From positions 46 through 64,045 of the forward strand of contig CAZGYD010000143.1 of assembly GCA_964530115.1 (NCBI GenBank): DNA of 64,000 nucleotides. The letters run 5' to 3'. The notes beneath the pieces are model-generated. The model was not told the DNA's origin, did not search any database, and saw nothing but the letters and a program-made list of their open reading frames with translations. Made by a program: the position numbers and the translations under genes. Each line of letters starts with the position of its first letter. Position 1 is the first letter of the stretch. This document shows positions 55,781-64,000 of this stretch, one piece after another. The DNA comes from an uncultured Rhodocyclaceae bacterium (GTDB taxonomy: Bacteria > Pseudomonadota > Gammaproteobacteria > Burkholderiales > Rhodocyclaceae).

Positions 55781-57135
55781 CATTGCGCCCTGCCGCCGAG
55801 GGCGTCGAGCAGCTTCTGGTGGATGCCGCCGAAGCCGCCGTTGCTCATGATCAGCACGTGGTCGCCCTCGCGCGCCTCCGCGGCGATTGCGGCGACGAGC
55901 GTCGGCAGGTCGTCGAAGACGCTCGCCTTGCCGCCCAGCGGGGCCAGGGCTGCGCCGGCATCCCAGCCGAGACCGGCCGCGTAGCAGAAGACGCGGTCCG
56001 CACCGGCGAGGCTGCCGGGCAACTGCGCCTTCATGGTACCGAGCTTCATCGTGTTCGAGCGCGGCTCGAGCACGGCGACGATGCGTGCGTGGCCGACACA
56101 GCCCCTTAACCCTTCGATGGTCGCCGCGATCGCGGTCGGGTGGTGGGCGAAATCGTCATAGACCGTCACCCCGCGCACCGTACCGCGGATTTCCAGCCGG
56201 CGCTTGACGCCGCGAAAAGTCGCCAGCGCCGACAGCCCGGCTTCCAGCGGCACGCCCGCATGGCGGGCCGCGAGAAGCGCCGCGACGGCATTGGCGCGGT
56301 TGTGGGCGCCGGGAGAATCGAGTCGCACTTCTCCGGCTGGCGCATTACCGCGGCTGAGTTTGAAGACGCCGGCGCCATCGGGCTCGCCCGCGTGCCAGCC
56401 GTCGGCGACGTTGAAGCGCTCCACGGGCGTCCAGCAGCCGCGCGCGAGCACCCGCTCGATCGAGGCCTCCGCGCCGTTGGCGACGATCAGGCCGTTTCTC
56501 GGCAACGTCCGCACGAGATGATGGAATTGCGTCTCGATCGCCGCGAGATCTGGAAAGATGTCGGCATGATCGAACTCCAGATTATTGAGGATCGCCGTCC
56601 TCGGCCGGTAATGGACGAACTTGGAACGCTTGTCGCAAAAGGCCGTGTCGTACTCGTCGGCCTCGATGACGAAAAACGGCGATTCCGTCAGCCGGGCCGA
56701 GACACCGAAGCCTTGCGGCACGCCGCCGACGAGGAAGGAGGGCGACAGGCCCGCCTCCTCGAGGATCCAGGCGAGCATCGAGGTCGTCGTCGTCTTGCCG
56801 TGCGTGCCGGCGACCGCCAGCACCCATTTTCCGCGCAGGATGTGCTCCGCGAGCCACTGCGGGCCGGATACGTAGGAAAGATTGCGGTCGAGGATCTCCT
56901 CGAGCAGCGGATTGCCGCGGGAGATCGCGTTGCCGACTACGAACAGGTCGGGCGCCAGCGCCACCTGCCCGGCATCGTAGCCTTCGATGAGCTCGATGCC
57001 CTGCGCCTCGAGCTGGGTGCTCATCGGCGGATAGACGTTGGCGTCGCAGCCCGTGACCCGGTGACCGGCCGAACGCGCCAGGAGTGCGATACCGCCCATG
57101 AAGGTGCCGCAGATGCCGAGGATGTGGATGTGCAT
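55780..57135 (-). CDS. mpl: UDP-N-acetylmuramate:L-alanyl-gamma-D-glutamyl-meso-DAP ligase
   Basis: The 451-aa product starts MHIHILGICGTFMGGIALLA...GCDANVYPPMS, the typical Mpl N-terminus. It has Mur ligase central and C-terminal domains (GTHGKTTTTSM). Confidence 0.88.
   Translation of the reverse strand: MHIHILGICGTFMGGIALLARSAGHRVTGCDANVYPPMSTQLEAQGIELIEGYDAGQVALAPDLFVVGNAISRGNPLLEEILDRNLSYVSGPQWLAEHILRGKWVLAVAGTHGKTTTTSMLAWILEEAGLSPSFLVGGVPQGFGVSARLTESPFFVIEADEYDTAFCDKRSKFVHYRPRTAILNNLEFDHADIFPDLAAIETQFHHLVRTLPRNGLIVANGAEASIERVLARGCWTPVERFNVADGWHAGEPDGAGVFKLSRGNAPAGEVRLDSPGAHNRANAVAALLAARHAGVPLEAGLSALATFRGVKRRLEIRGTVRGVTVYDDFAHHPTAIAATIEGLRGCVGHARIVAVLEPRSNTMKLGTMKAQLPGSLAGADRVFCYAAGLGWDAGAALAPLGGKASVFDDLPTLVAAIAAEAREGDHVLIMSNGGFGGIHQKLLDALGGRAQ
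56339..56361 (+). repeat. 23-nt dispersed motif copy (20/23)
   Basis: GGCGCATTACCGCGGCTGAGTTT. It lies inside mpl and encodes KLSRGNAP. Confidence 0.75.
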
Positions 57136-57186
57136 GTCAGGATGCGCGTGCCATAATGGCCCGGCATTCTATCCCGGGAGCCCGCC

Positions 57187-57780
57187 ATGCCCCGCCGCAA
57201 ACCCGCGCCCCAAGGCCCCTCCCATCTGAGGCTCTCCATCGCCAGCACGGCCGCCCGGCTCATGGCGCAGGACGGCATCACCGACTATGGCCTGGCCAAG
57301 CGCAAGGCGGCGAAGATCCTCGGTGCCCCCGAAGGCGAGGCGCTGCCGAGCAACGAGGAGGTCGAGACCGAGCTGCGAGCTTACCAGGCCCTGTTCCAGG
57401 ACGAGGAACACACCGAGCGCCTGCGCGCCCTGCGCGAGGCCGCGCTGGCGGCGATGGATTTCCTCGCCGCTTTCCGACCCTATCTAACCGGATCCGTGCT
57501 CGACGGCACCGCGGGCCGCTACGCCGAGATCGAGCTCGACCTCTTTGCCGACAGCGCCAAAGATGTCGAGATCTTCCTGCTATCCCACGGCATCCCCTAC
57601 GAACACGCTGACAACCGTCAGCAAGGCGCCGATGCGCCCGAAGCGCGGCTGAGGATGGCCTGGGACGGCGCCGAGGCGCTGCTGTCGATCTATCCCCATC
57701 AGGCAGAACGGCGCCAGCGCAAGGACGACCGCGGTGGCCGGGCCCGCGCCGCAACCGTGGCCGCGCTGCTCGGCGGATGA
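57187..57780 (+). CDS. Hypothetical conserved protein
   Basis: The 197-aa ORF has good codon bias and sits between mpl and aroQ. I do not recognise the family with confidence. Confidence 0.5.
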   Translation: MPRRKPAPQGPSHLRLSIASTAARLMAQDGITDYGLAKRKAAKILGAPEGEALPSNEEVETELRAYQALFQDEEHTERLRALREAALAAMDFLAAFRPYLTGSVLDGTAGRYAEIELDLFADSAKDVEIFLLSHGIPYEHADNRQQGADAPEARLRMAWDGAEALLSIYPHQAERRQRKDDRGGRARAATVAALLGG

Positions 57781-57857
57781 ACCGAAACCGGTCCCGGGGT
57801 GGGGCCGAGTGCCCTGCCTCTGGACAAATTGCGGCGATTTGAGGCAAACTTGCGCCC

Positions 57858-58361
57858 ATGTCGAACCGAACCGGCACCAAATCCAAAACAGCATCGTCGG
57901 GCACCGAGGGGGCGCGGCGCGCCCGCATCCTCGTTCTCCACGGACCGAACCTGAATCTGCTCGGCCGGCGCGAGCCGGAAATCTACGGCCGCGCCACGCT
58001 CGCCGACATCCACGCCGCGATGGAGGCCCGGGCACGGGCACGCGGCGTCCAGATCGAAAGCTTCCAGAGCAATTCCGAGGGCGAACTGATCGACCGCATC
58101 CAGGCGGCGGCCAGCGAAGGCATCGAGTTCATCATCATCAATCCGGGCGCCTACAGTCACACCAGCATCGCCATCCCCGACGCGCTGCGGGCCGTGGCGA
58201 TCCCCTACATCGAGGTGCACATCTCGAACATCCACGCCCGCGAGCCATTCCGGCACCACTCGCATTTTTCCGCCAGCGCGATCGGCGTCATCTGCGGGCT
58301 CGGCCTCCAAGGCTACGAACTCGCCCTCGATGCCGCACTCGCGCGCATCGGCCAGTCCTGA
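57858..58361 (+). CDS. aroQ: Type II 3-dehydroquinate dehydratase
   Basis: The translation reads [21 protein letters not shown]...[13 protein letters not shown]...[17 protein letters not shown]. The N-terminal start is uncertain by a few codons. Confidence 0.92.
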   Translation: MSNRTGTKSKTASSGTEGARRARILVLHGPNLNLLGRREPEIYGRATLADIHAAMEARARARGVQIESFQSNSEGELIDRIQAAASEGIEFIIINPGAYSHTSIAIPDALRAVAIPYIEVHISNIHAREPFRHHSHFSASAIGVICGLGLQGYELALDAALARIGQS

Positions 58362-58412
58362 TCGAACAACCCGCGGCGGGAATCCACCCGCCCGACACGA
58401 AGGGAGCACAGC

Positions 58413-58874
58413 ATGGACCTGAGAAAGCTCAAGACCCTGATCGACCTCGTCCAGAACTCGGGCATCTCCGAGCTTGAAATCAGCGAGGGCGAGGAAAAGA
58501 TCCGCATCGCCAAGCACGTCGCCGCGGCGCCCTCGACCACGACCGTGATGATGGGCGCGCCGATGATGCCCGCGGCTCCCGCCGCCCCGACGGCCGCCGC
58601 CGCGCCGGCGCCTGCCGCGGAAAAGCCCGCCGAGCCCGAGGGCCACGTCGTCAAGGCGCCGATGGTCGGCACCTTCTACCGCGCCGGCAGCCCGGGCGCA
58701 CCGGCCTTCGTCGAAGTGGGCCAGGCCGTCAAACAGGGCGACACCCTCTGCATCATCGAGGCCATGAAACTGATGAACGAGATCGAAGCCGACGTCTCGG
58801 GCACGATCAAGGCCATCCTCGTCGAGAACGGCCAACCGGTCGAATTCGACCAACCGCTGTTCATCATCGGTTAA
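58413..58874 (+). CDS. accB: Acetyl-CoA carboxylase biotin carboxyl carrier protein
   Basis: The 153-aa product has a Pro/Ala linker and the biotinylation motif [13 protein letters not shown]. Confidence 0.93.
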   Translation: MDLRKLKTLIDLVQNSGISELEISEGEEKIRIAKHVAAAPSTTTVMMGAPMMPAAPAAPTAAAAPAPAAEKPAEPEGHVVKAPMVGTFYRAGSPGAPAFVEVGQAVKQGDTLCIIEAMKLMNEIEADVSGTIKAILVENGQPVEFDQPLFIIG

Positions 58875-58883
58875 CCTGCCGCC

Positions 58884-59157
58884 ATGTTCGAGAAAATCCT
58901 GATCGCCAGCCGCGGCGACCAGCCGCCGCGAGGCGGCGCAGCGGCGAAGCCAAATCGCCGGGCGGCCGCAGGCCGCAAGGGCGATTTTGCCGCGGAGATA
59001 GCGCATGTTTGAAAAGATCCTGATTGCGAACCGCGGCGACCAGCCGCCGCGAGGCGGCGCAGCGGCGAAGCCGAATCGCCTTGCGGCCGCTGGCTGCAAG
59101 GGCGATTTTGCCGCGGAGATAGCGCATGTTTGAAAAGATCCTGATTGCAAACCGCGG
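58884..59157 (+). repeat. 121-bp tandem repeat (2.26 units) duplicating the first 32 nt of accC plus an 89-nt structured insert
   Basis: ATGTT(C/T)GA(G/A)AA(A/G)ATCCTGAT... recurs at 58884, 59005 and 59126, exactly 121 nt apart. Units 1 and 2 differ at 11 of 121 positions. Only the third copy continues into accC. Confidence 0.95.
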
Positions 59158-60484
59158 AGAGATCGCCCTGCGCGTCCTGCGCGCCTGCCGTGAACTGGGC
59201 ATCCGCACGGTCGCCGTGCATTCCACGGCCGACGCCGAGGCCAAGTACGTCAAGCTCGCCGACGAATCGGTCTGCATCGGCCCGCCCGCCTCGGCGCAGA
59301 GCTATCTCAACGTGCCGGCCATCATCTCCGCGGCCGAAGTCACCGACGCCGAGGCCATCCACCCGGGCTATGGCTTCCTTTCGGAGAATGCCGACTTCGC
59401 CGAGCGGGTCGAGAAATCGGGCTTCGTCTTCATCGGCCCGAAGGCCGAAACCATCCGCCTGATGGGCGACAAGGTCTCGGCCAAGGACGCGATGAAGGCC
59501 GCCGGTGTGCCCTGCGTTCCCGGCTCCGACGGCGCGTTGCCCGAAGATCCCAAGGAGATCGTGAAAATTGCGCGTGCGATCGGCTATCCGGTGATCATCA
59601 AGGCCGCGGGCGGCGGCGGCGGCCGGGGCATGCGCGTCGTCCATACCGAGGCGGCGCTGATCAACGCCGTGACCATGACCCGGGCCGAAGCGCAGGCGGC
59701 CTTCGGCAACCCGATGGTGTACATGGAGAAGTTCCTCGAGAACCCGCGTCACATCGAGATCCAGGTGATGGCCGACAACTACCGGAACGCGGTCTGGCTC
59801 TCGGAGCGCGACTGCTCGATGCAGCGCCGGCACCAGAAGGTCATCGAGGAGGCGCCCGCGCCCGGCATCAACCGCCGGCTGATCACGCGCATCGGCGACC
59901 GCTGCGCCGAGGCCTGCCGGAAGATCGGCTACCGGGGCGCCGGCACTTTCGAGTTCCTCTACGAGAACGGCGAGTTCTACTTCATCGAGATGAACACGCG
60001 CGTCCAGGTCGAGCACCCGGTCACCGAACTCGTCACCGGCATCGACATCGTCCAGGCGCAGATCCGCGTCGCCGCCGGGGAGAAGCTGTGGTTCCGCCAG
60101 CGCGACGTGCAGATCCGCGGCCACGCGATGGAATGCCGCATCTGCGCCGAAGATCCGTTCAAGTTCACGCCTTCTCCAGGCAAGATCCAGAACTGGCATC
60201 CGCCGGGCGGCCCGGGCATCCGCGTCGATTCGCACGTCTATTCGGGCTACACGGTGCCGCCGCACTACGACTCGATGATCGCCAAGCTGATCTCCTACGG
60301 CGACACCCGCGACCAGGCGATCCGGCGCATGCGCATCGCGCTTTCGGAAATGATGGTCGACGGCATCAAGACCAACATCCCGCTGCACCAGGAACTGATG
60401 CTCGACGACCGGTTCATCAAGGGCGGCACCAGCATCCATTACCTCGAAGAAAAGCTGGCGGCCCGCGAGAAGGTCCAGGGCTGA
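59126..60484 (+). CDS. accC: Acetyl-CoA carboxylase biotin carboxylase subunit
   Basis: The 452-aa product starts [26 protein letters not shown] and has an ATP-grasp domain ([10 protein letters not shown]). Confidence 0.95.
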   Translation: MFEKILIANRGEIALRVLRACRELGIRTVAVHSTADAEAKYVKLADESVCIGPPASAQSYLNVPAIISAAEVTDAEAIHPGYGFLSENADFAERVEKSGFVFIGPKAETIRLMGDKVSAKDAMKAAGVPCVPGSDGALPEDPKEIVKIARAIGYPVIIKAAGGGGGRGMRVVHTEAALINAVTMTRAEAQAAFGNPMVYMEKFLENPRHIEIQVMADNYRNAVWLSERDCSMQRRHQKVIEEAPAPGINRRLITRIGDRCAEACRKIGYRGAGTFEFLYENGEFYFIEMNTRVQVEHPVTELVTGIDIVQAQIRVAAGEKLWFRQRDVQIRGHAMECRICAEDPFKFTPSPGKIQNWHPPGGPGIRVDSHVYSGYTVPPHYDSMIAKLISYGDTRDQAIRRMRIALSEMMVDGIKTNIPLHQELMLDDRFIKGGTSIHYLEEKLAAREKVQG

Positions 60485-60497
60485 CGGGCGGACGCGC

Positions 60498-61394
60498 GTG
60501 TGGATCAGCGCCTCGATCACGACTGACGCCGCGCTCGCCGCGGCGCTCTCCGACGCGCTGCTGGAAGCCGGCGCCGTCTCGGTCTCGGTCGAGGACGCCG
60601 ATGCCGGCACCCAGTTCGAGACGCCCCAGTTCGGCGAGCCGGGCAGCGGCGCCGATCCTTCGGAGGCACCGCTATGGAACCGCTCCCGCGTCACGGCGCT
60701 GTTCGAGCCGCAGGAGGGCCTCGAAGCCCGTCTCGCCGAGGTCGCCGCGAAACTCAGCCTCGGTGGCACGCCAGCCGAACTCGCGGAAGTCGCCGATCAG
60801 GACTGGGTCCGGCTCACCCAGTCCCAGTTCGAGCCCATCCGCATCGACGAGCGGCTGTGGATCGTGCCCTCGTGGTTTGAACCGCCCGATCCGGGCGCCG
60901 TGAATCTCGTCGTCGATCCCGGCCTCGCCTTCGGCACCGGCTCGCACCCGACCACACGCCTCTGCCTCGAATGGCTGTGCGCCGAAGTCCGCCCCGGTGA
61001 CACCCTGCTCGACTACGGCTGCGGCTCGGGCATCCTGGCGCTGGCCGCTGCCAGGCTCGGCGCCGCCGACGTGCTCGGCGTCGACATCGACGAGCGGGCG
61101 CTCGAGGCGGCCGCCGAAAACGCCCGGAAGAACCGGGTCGCACTGCGGCTCGCCCACTCGCGCGAGCCGCTCGCCGAAACCTTCGATCTCGTCGTCGCCA
61201 ACATCCTCACCAATCCCCTGTGCCTGCTCGCGCCGCTTCTGGCCGGACGGCTGAAGCCCGGCGGCCGCATCGCGCTCTCGGGCGTGCTCGACACGCAGGC
61301 CGGCGAGGTCATCGACGCCTACGCGCCCCACCTCGAGCTCGCCGTCGGCGCGACGCTCGACGGCTGGGTCCGGCTGGAGGGCCGCCGGCCATGA
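60498..61394 (+). CDS. prmA: Ribosomal protein L11 methyltransferase
   Basis: The 298-aa product has [21 protein letters not shown] and [10 protein letters not shown]. accC-prmA synteny is conserved. Confidence 0.9.
   Translation: MWISASITTDAALAAALSDALLEAGAVSVSVEDADAGTQFETPQFGEPGSGADPSEAPLWNRSRVTALFEPQEGLEARLAEVAAKLSLGGTPAELAEVADQDWVRLTQSQFEPIRIDERLWIVPSWFEPPDPGAVNLVVDPGLAFGTGSHPTTRLCLEWLCAEVRPGDTLLDYGCGSGILALAAARLGAADVLGVDIDERALEAAAENARKNRVALRLAHSREPLAETFDLVVANILTNPLCLLAPLLAGRLKPGGRIALSGVLDTQAGEVIDAYAPHLELAVGATLDGWVRLEGRRP
60750..60772 (-). repeat. 23-nt dispersed motif copy (CC variant, 21/23)
   Basis: The plus strand reads AAACTCAGCCTCGGTGGCACGCC. It lies inside the prmA inter-domain linker and encodes KLSLGGTP. 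Confidence 0.75.
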
Positions 61395-62707
61395 TCCTGA
61401 CGCGCTGCCCGAATTGCAGCACCGTCTTCCGCGTGACGCCGGAGCAGCTGCGCGTCCGCCACGGCCAAGTCCGCTGCGGCAGCTGCTACGCGACCTTCAA
61501 CGCGCTTTCCGAACTCAGCGAGGATCTGCCGCCGCCGCGGGCGACGCCGGATGCGCGTGACATGGCGGCCGCGGCCCCCTTTGGCGACGGGCAGGCGGAA
61601 GCGCCCACCGTCAGCGACATCCTGCCCCCGGTGGCGGCTCCGCCGGAGCCCGGGAGCGCATGGTCCGGCGAGGAGATCGAATACATCGACATCGGCAGCG
61701 CCGCCCCGGCCGAACCCGACATCAGCCTCACGGAAGCCGCTTCGGCGGCGCAGGCGAAGCCGGTCGAACCGGCCGACGCCTCGACTGGGGACGTTGCCGG
61801 CGGAGCCGCAGGCGATGCCGAGCCGACCATGGCGGAACAACACCCGGCGGCGCCCGACGGCGGAGCGCCGGTCATCGAAACCGCACCGCCCACGGAGGAG
61901 GCGTCCCCGGCCGCCGACGAAGCGACGGGGGCGGCCCTCGAGGCCGCTGTCGGAGAGACCACGGTGCCGGAATCCCCGGAACCGCCTGCCGAACCCCCGT
62001 TCGAGGCCGAGCCCCCGGCCCACACTGACGCCGAGACCCCCGCCATCATCGACTTCCCGCCGGCGGAAACCGCCGCACGAGGAGCAGAACACGCCGCTGA
62101 ACACCCCGCGGAATCCCCCACCCCCGGCGATGCCCTTCCCGAGCCTCCGGCAAGCCCCGAGCCTCCGGACGTCAAGCCGGCGATCGCGCCAGGCCCGCCG
62201 CCGCCCGGCTTCGGCGCGGACGCGCGGCCGCCGAGTCAGTGGCCGTGGTGGGCGGGTGCTGCGCTCGCGCTCGTCGCCCTGGCCGCGCAGGCGGTAATCC
62301 ATTTCCGCACCGAGCTCGCCGTCCGCCACCCCGATGCCCGGCCGGCGCTGGAAGCCCTGTGCGCGCCGTTCGGCTGCGACATCCCGCTGCCGGCGAAGAT
62401 CGGCCTCATCGAGATCGAACACTCGGACCTCGTTCCCCACGAGAAGAACGCCAGCCGGCTGCTGCTCACGGCCACGCTGCGCAATCTCGCCGGCCACCCG
62501 CAGGCCTGGCCGCACCTGGAACTGACCTTGACCGACGCCCACGACCGGCCGCTCACGCGCCGCGCGCTCGCGCCACAGGACTACCTGGCCCCGGCCGAGC
62601 TCGCCGCCGCCGGCTTCCCCGCGCGCAGCGAGCAGGTCGTATCGCTCGAAGTCCGCGCCACCGGCGTGCCCGCGGTCGGCTACCGGCTCTATCTCTTCTA
62701 CCCCTGA
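61391..62707 (+). CDS. Zinc-ribbon (MJ0042-type) / DUF3426 protein with long Pro/Ala/Glu-rich linker
   Basis: The start [39 protein letters not shown] is at 61391 and overlaps the prmA stop. The product has a single TM segment and a C-terminal DUF3426-like beta domain. Confidence 0.8.
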   Translation: MILTRCPNCSTVFRVTPEQLRVRHGQVRCGSCYATFNALSELSEDLPPPRATPDARDMAAAAPFGDGQAEAPTVSDILPPVAAPPEPGSAWSGEEIEYIDIGSAAPAEPDISLTEAASAAQAKPVEPADASTGDVAGGAAGDAEPTMAEQHPAAPDGGAPVIETAPPTEEASPAADEATGAALEAAVGETTVPESPEPPAEPPFEAEPPAHTDAETPAIIDFPPAETAARGAEHAAEHPAESPTPGDALPEPPASPEPPDVKPAIAPGPPPPGFGADARPPSQWPWWAGAALALVALAAQAVIHFRTELAVRHPDARPALEALCAPFGCDIPLPAKIGLIEIEHSDLVPHEKNASRLLLTATLRNLAGHPQAWPHLELTLTDAHDRPLTRRALAPQDYLAPAELAAAGFPARSEQVVSLEVRATGVPAVGYRLYLFYP

Positions 62708-62715
62708 AAGCACCG

Positions 62716-63648
62716 ATGCGCACACTCATCTGCGGCTCGCTCGCCTACGACACCATCATGGTCTTCCACGACCGCTTCCGGCACCACATCCTGCCGGAGC
62801 AGATCCACATCCTCAACGTCTCCTTCCTGGTGCCGGACATGCGCCGCGAGTACGGCGGCTGCGCCGGCAACATCGCCTACAACCTGAAACTCCTCGGCGG
62901 CGAGCCCGTGATCATGGCCACCGTCGGCGACGACTCGGGGCTCTACATGCAGCGTCTCGCCCACCTCGGCCTCGAAGCCGGCCACGTCCGCCACGTGCCC
63001 GGCACCTTCACGGCCCAGGCCTTCATCACCACCGATGTCGACGACAACCAGATCACCGCCTTCCACCCGGGGGCGATGAACCATTCGCACGAAAACCGCA
63101 TCGCCGACGCCCGCGACATCGTCCTCGGCATCGTCTCGCCGGACGGCCGCGAGGGCATGATGACGCACGCGCGCCAGTTCCATGAGGCCGGCATCCCCTT
63201 CGTCTTCGATCCGGGCCAGGGGCTGCCCATGTTCAACGGCGACGAACTGCTCGAATTCCTTCGTCTCGCCGACTGGTGCACGGTCAACGACTACGAGGCC
63301 AAGCTGCTCTGCGAGCGCACCGGGCGCAGCATCGGGGAGCTTGCCCGCGAAGTCCGCGCCCTCGTCGTCACGCTCGGGGCCCAGGGCTCGCAGATCCACG
63401 TCGACGGCGGGCGGATCGACATCCCCGGCGTCGAACCCGAAGCCGTCGTCGACCCCACCGGCTGCGGCGACGCCTACCGCGCCGGCCTGCTCTACGGCCT
63501 CGGCCAGGGCTGGGCCTGGGAAAAGATCGGCCGGCTCGCCTCGCTGATGGGTTCGATCAAGATCGCCCACCGCGGCGGCCAGAACCACAAGCCGACGCGT
63601 GCCCAGATCGCCGCGCGTTTCGAACAGGCCTTCGGCGAACCGCTCTGA
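62716..63648 (+). CDS. PfkB-family carbohydrate/nucleoside kinase
   Basis: The start MRTLICGSLAYDTIM is at 62716. The sequences GGCAGNIAYNL and the C-terminal DPTGCGDAYRAGLLYG (PfkB signature) are present. Confidence 0.85.
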   Translation: MRTLICGSLAYDTIMVFHDRFRHHILPEQIHILNVSFLVPDMRREYGGCAGNIAYNLKLLGGEPVIMATVGDDSGLYMQRLAHLGLEAGHVRHVPGTFTAQAFITTDVDDNQITAFHPGAMNHSHENRIADARDIVLGIVSPDGREGMMTHARQFHEAGIPFVFDPGQGLPMFNGDELLEFLRLADWCTVNDYEAKLLCERTGRSIGELAREVRALVVTLGAQGSQIHVDGGRIDIPGVEPEAVVDPTGCGDAYRAGLLYGLGQGWAWEKIGRLASLMGSIKIAHRGGQNHKPTRAQIAARFEQAFGEPL

Positions 63649-63650
63649 CG

Positions 63651-64000
63651 ATGATCGTTCCCGCCCGCGCGGCCTTCCGCCTGGCACGCACGGCGCTCCA
63701 CCTTCTCTGGGGCGTGGCCACCGCGGCCACCGTCTTCCCCTGGCTGCCGCTTTCCGCCCAGCTCTGGCTCAAGCGCCGCTGGTCGAAGCAGCTGCTCGAA
63801 GTCCTCGGCGTCCGCCTGCGGATCTCGGGCACGCCGCTTTCCGGCGGCCTCTTCGTCGCCAACCACATCTCCTGGCTCGACATCTTCGCCATCAATGCCG
63901 CCGCCCCGACCACCTTCCTATCGAAGGACGACGTGCGCCGCTGGCCCGTGATCGGCTGGCTGGCCACGCGCGTCGGCACGCTATACCTCGAACGCGGCTC
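63651..64000 (+). CDS. Lysophospholipid (1-acyl-sn-glycerol-3-phosphate) acyltransferase, 5' part
   Basis: Manual translation from the ATG at 63651 gives MIVPARAAFRLARTALHLLWG...GGLFVANHISWLDIFAI...FLSKDDVRRWPVIGWLA, with the HX4D acyltransferase motif. The gene runs off the window end. Confidence 0.75.
   Translation, partial: MIVPARAAFRLARTALHLLWGVATAATVFPWLPLSAQLWLKRRWSKQLLEVLGVRLRISGTPLSGGLFVANHISWLDIFAINAAAPTTFLSKDDVRRWPVIGWLATRVGTLYLERG

Noticed and set aside
58884-59157. The tandem repeat as a possible CRISPR array
   Set aside because: There are only 2.26 units, the period is 121 bp with no alternating unique spacers, the units include coding sequence of accC, and no cas genes are present.
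61500-62200. Apparent repetitive Pro/Ala/Glu-rich coding, with long ORFs in several frames on both strands
   Set aside because: This is the low-complexity linker of the DUF3426/zinc-ribbon protein. No true nucleotide repeat unit could be discerned, and the alternative-frame ORFs are compositional artefacts.

Overview
High-GC chromosomal segment. Gene content and synteny (tRNA-Tyr/Gly/Thr-tuf; rsmD-coaD near ftsYEX; aroQ-accB-accC-prmA-DUF3426) look betaproteobacterial, possibly Rhodocyclales-like; this is inference only. About 75 genes are supported. They include housekeeping genes (tuf, ispE, lolB, mutM, coaD, rsmD, ftsYEX, rpoH, mpl, aroQ, accBC, prmA) and a complete assimilatory nitrate/nitrite locus (nasT, nrtABD-like, nirBD, nasA). 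A roughly 21-kb block (15.4-36.9 kb) carries TonB-dependent receptors, exbB-exbD-tonB, redox/metal-handling membrane proteins, an ABC exporter-like pair, TlpA and a P1B-type copper ATPase. Also present are a NosL-like pair, a radical-SAM/SPASM operon and two small toxin-antitoxin modules. No integrase, transposase, CRISPR array or rRNA was seen. The most unusual signals are not genes. (1) A 23-nt non-palindromic motif, GGCGTG(TT/CC)AC(C/G)ACGGCTGAGTTT, occurs at least 17 times on both strands, about once per 4 kb. Copies sit between genes and in-frame inside unrelated genes, with unrelated flanks, which resembles a DNA-uptake-signal-like or genome-tagging sequence. (2) A palindrome, TGCGACA-N3-TGTCGCA, lies 33-80 nt upstream of five metal-related transcription units, suggesting a regulon for an unidentified regulator. 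(3) A 121-bp tandem repeat between accB and accC duplicates the first 32 nt of accC and creates two chained 42-codon mini-ORFs. (4) A REP-like GGGGC-N3-GCCCC hairpin family is present. (5) An intrinsic terminator sits in the nrtA leader next to the ANTAR regulator gene. All calls come from reading the sequence and ORF translations; no database search was possible.
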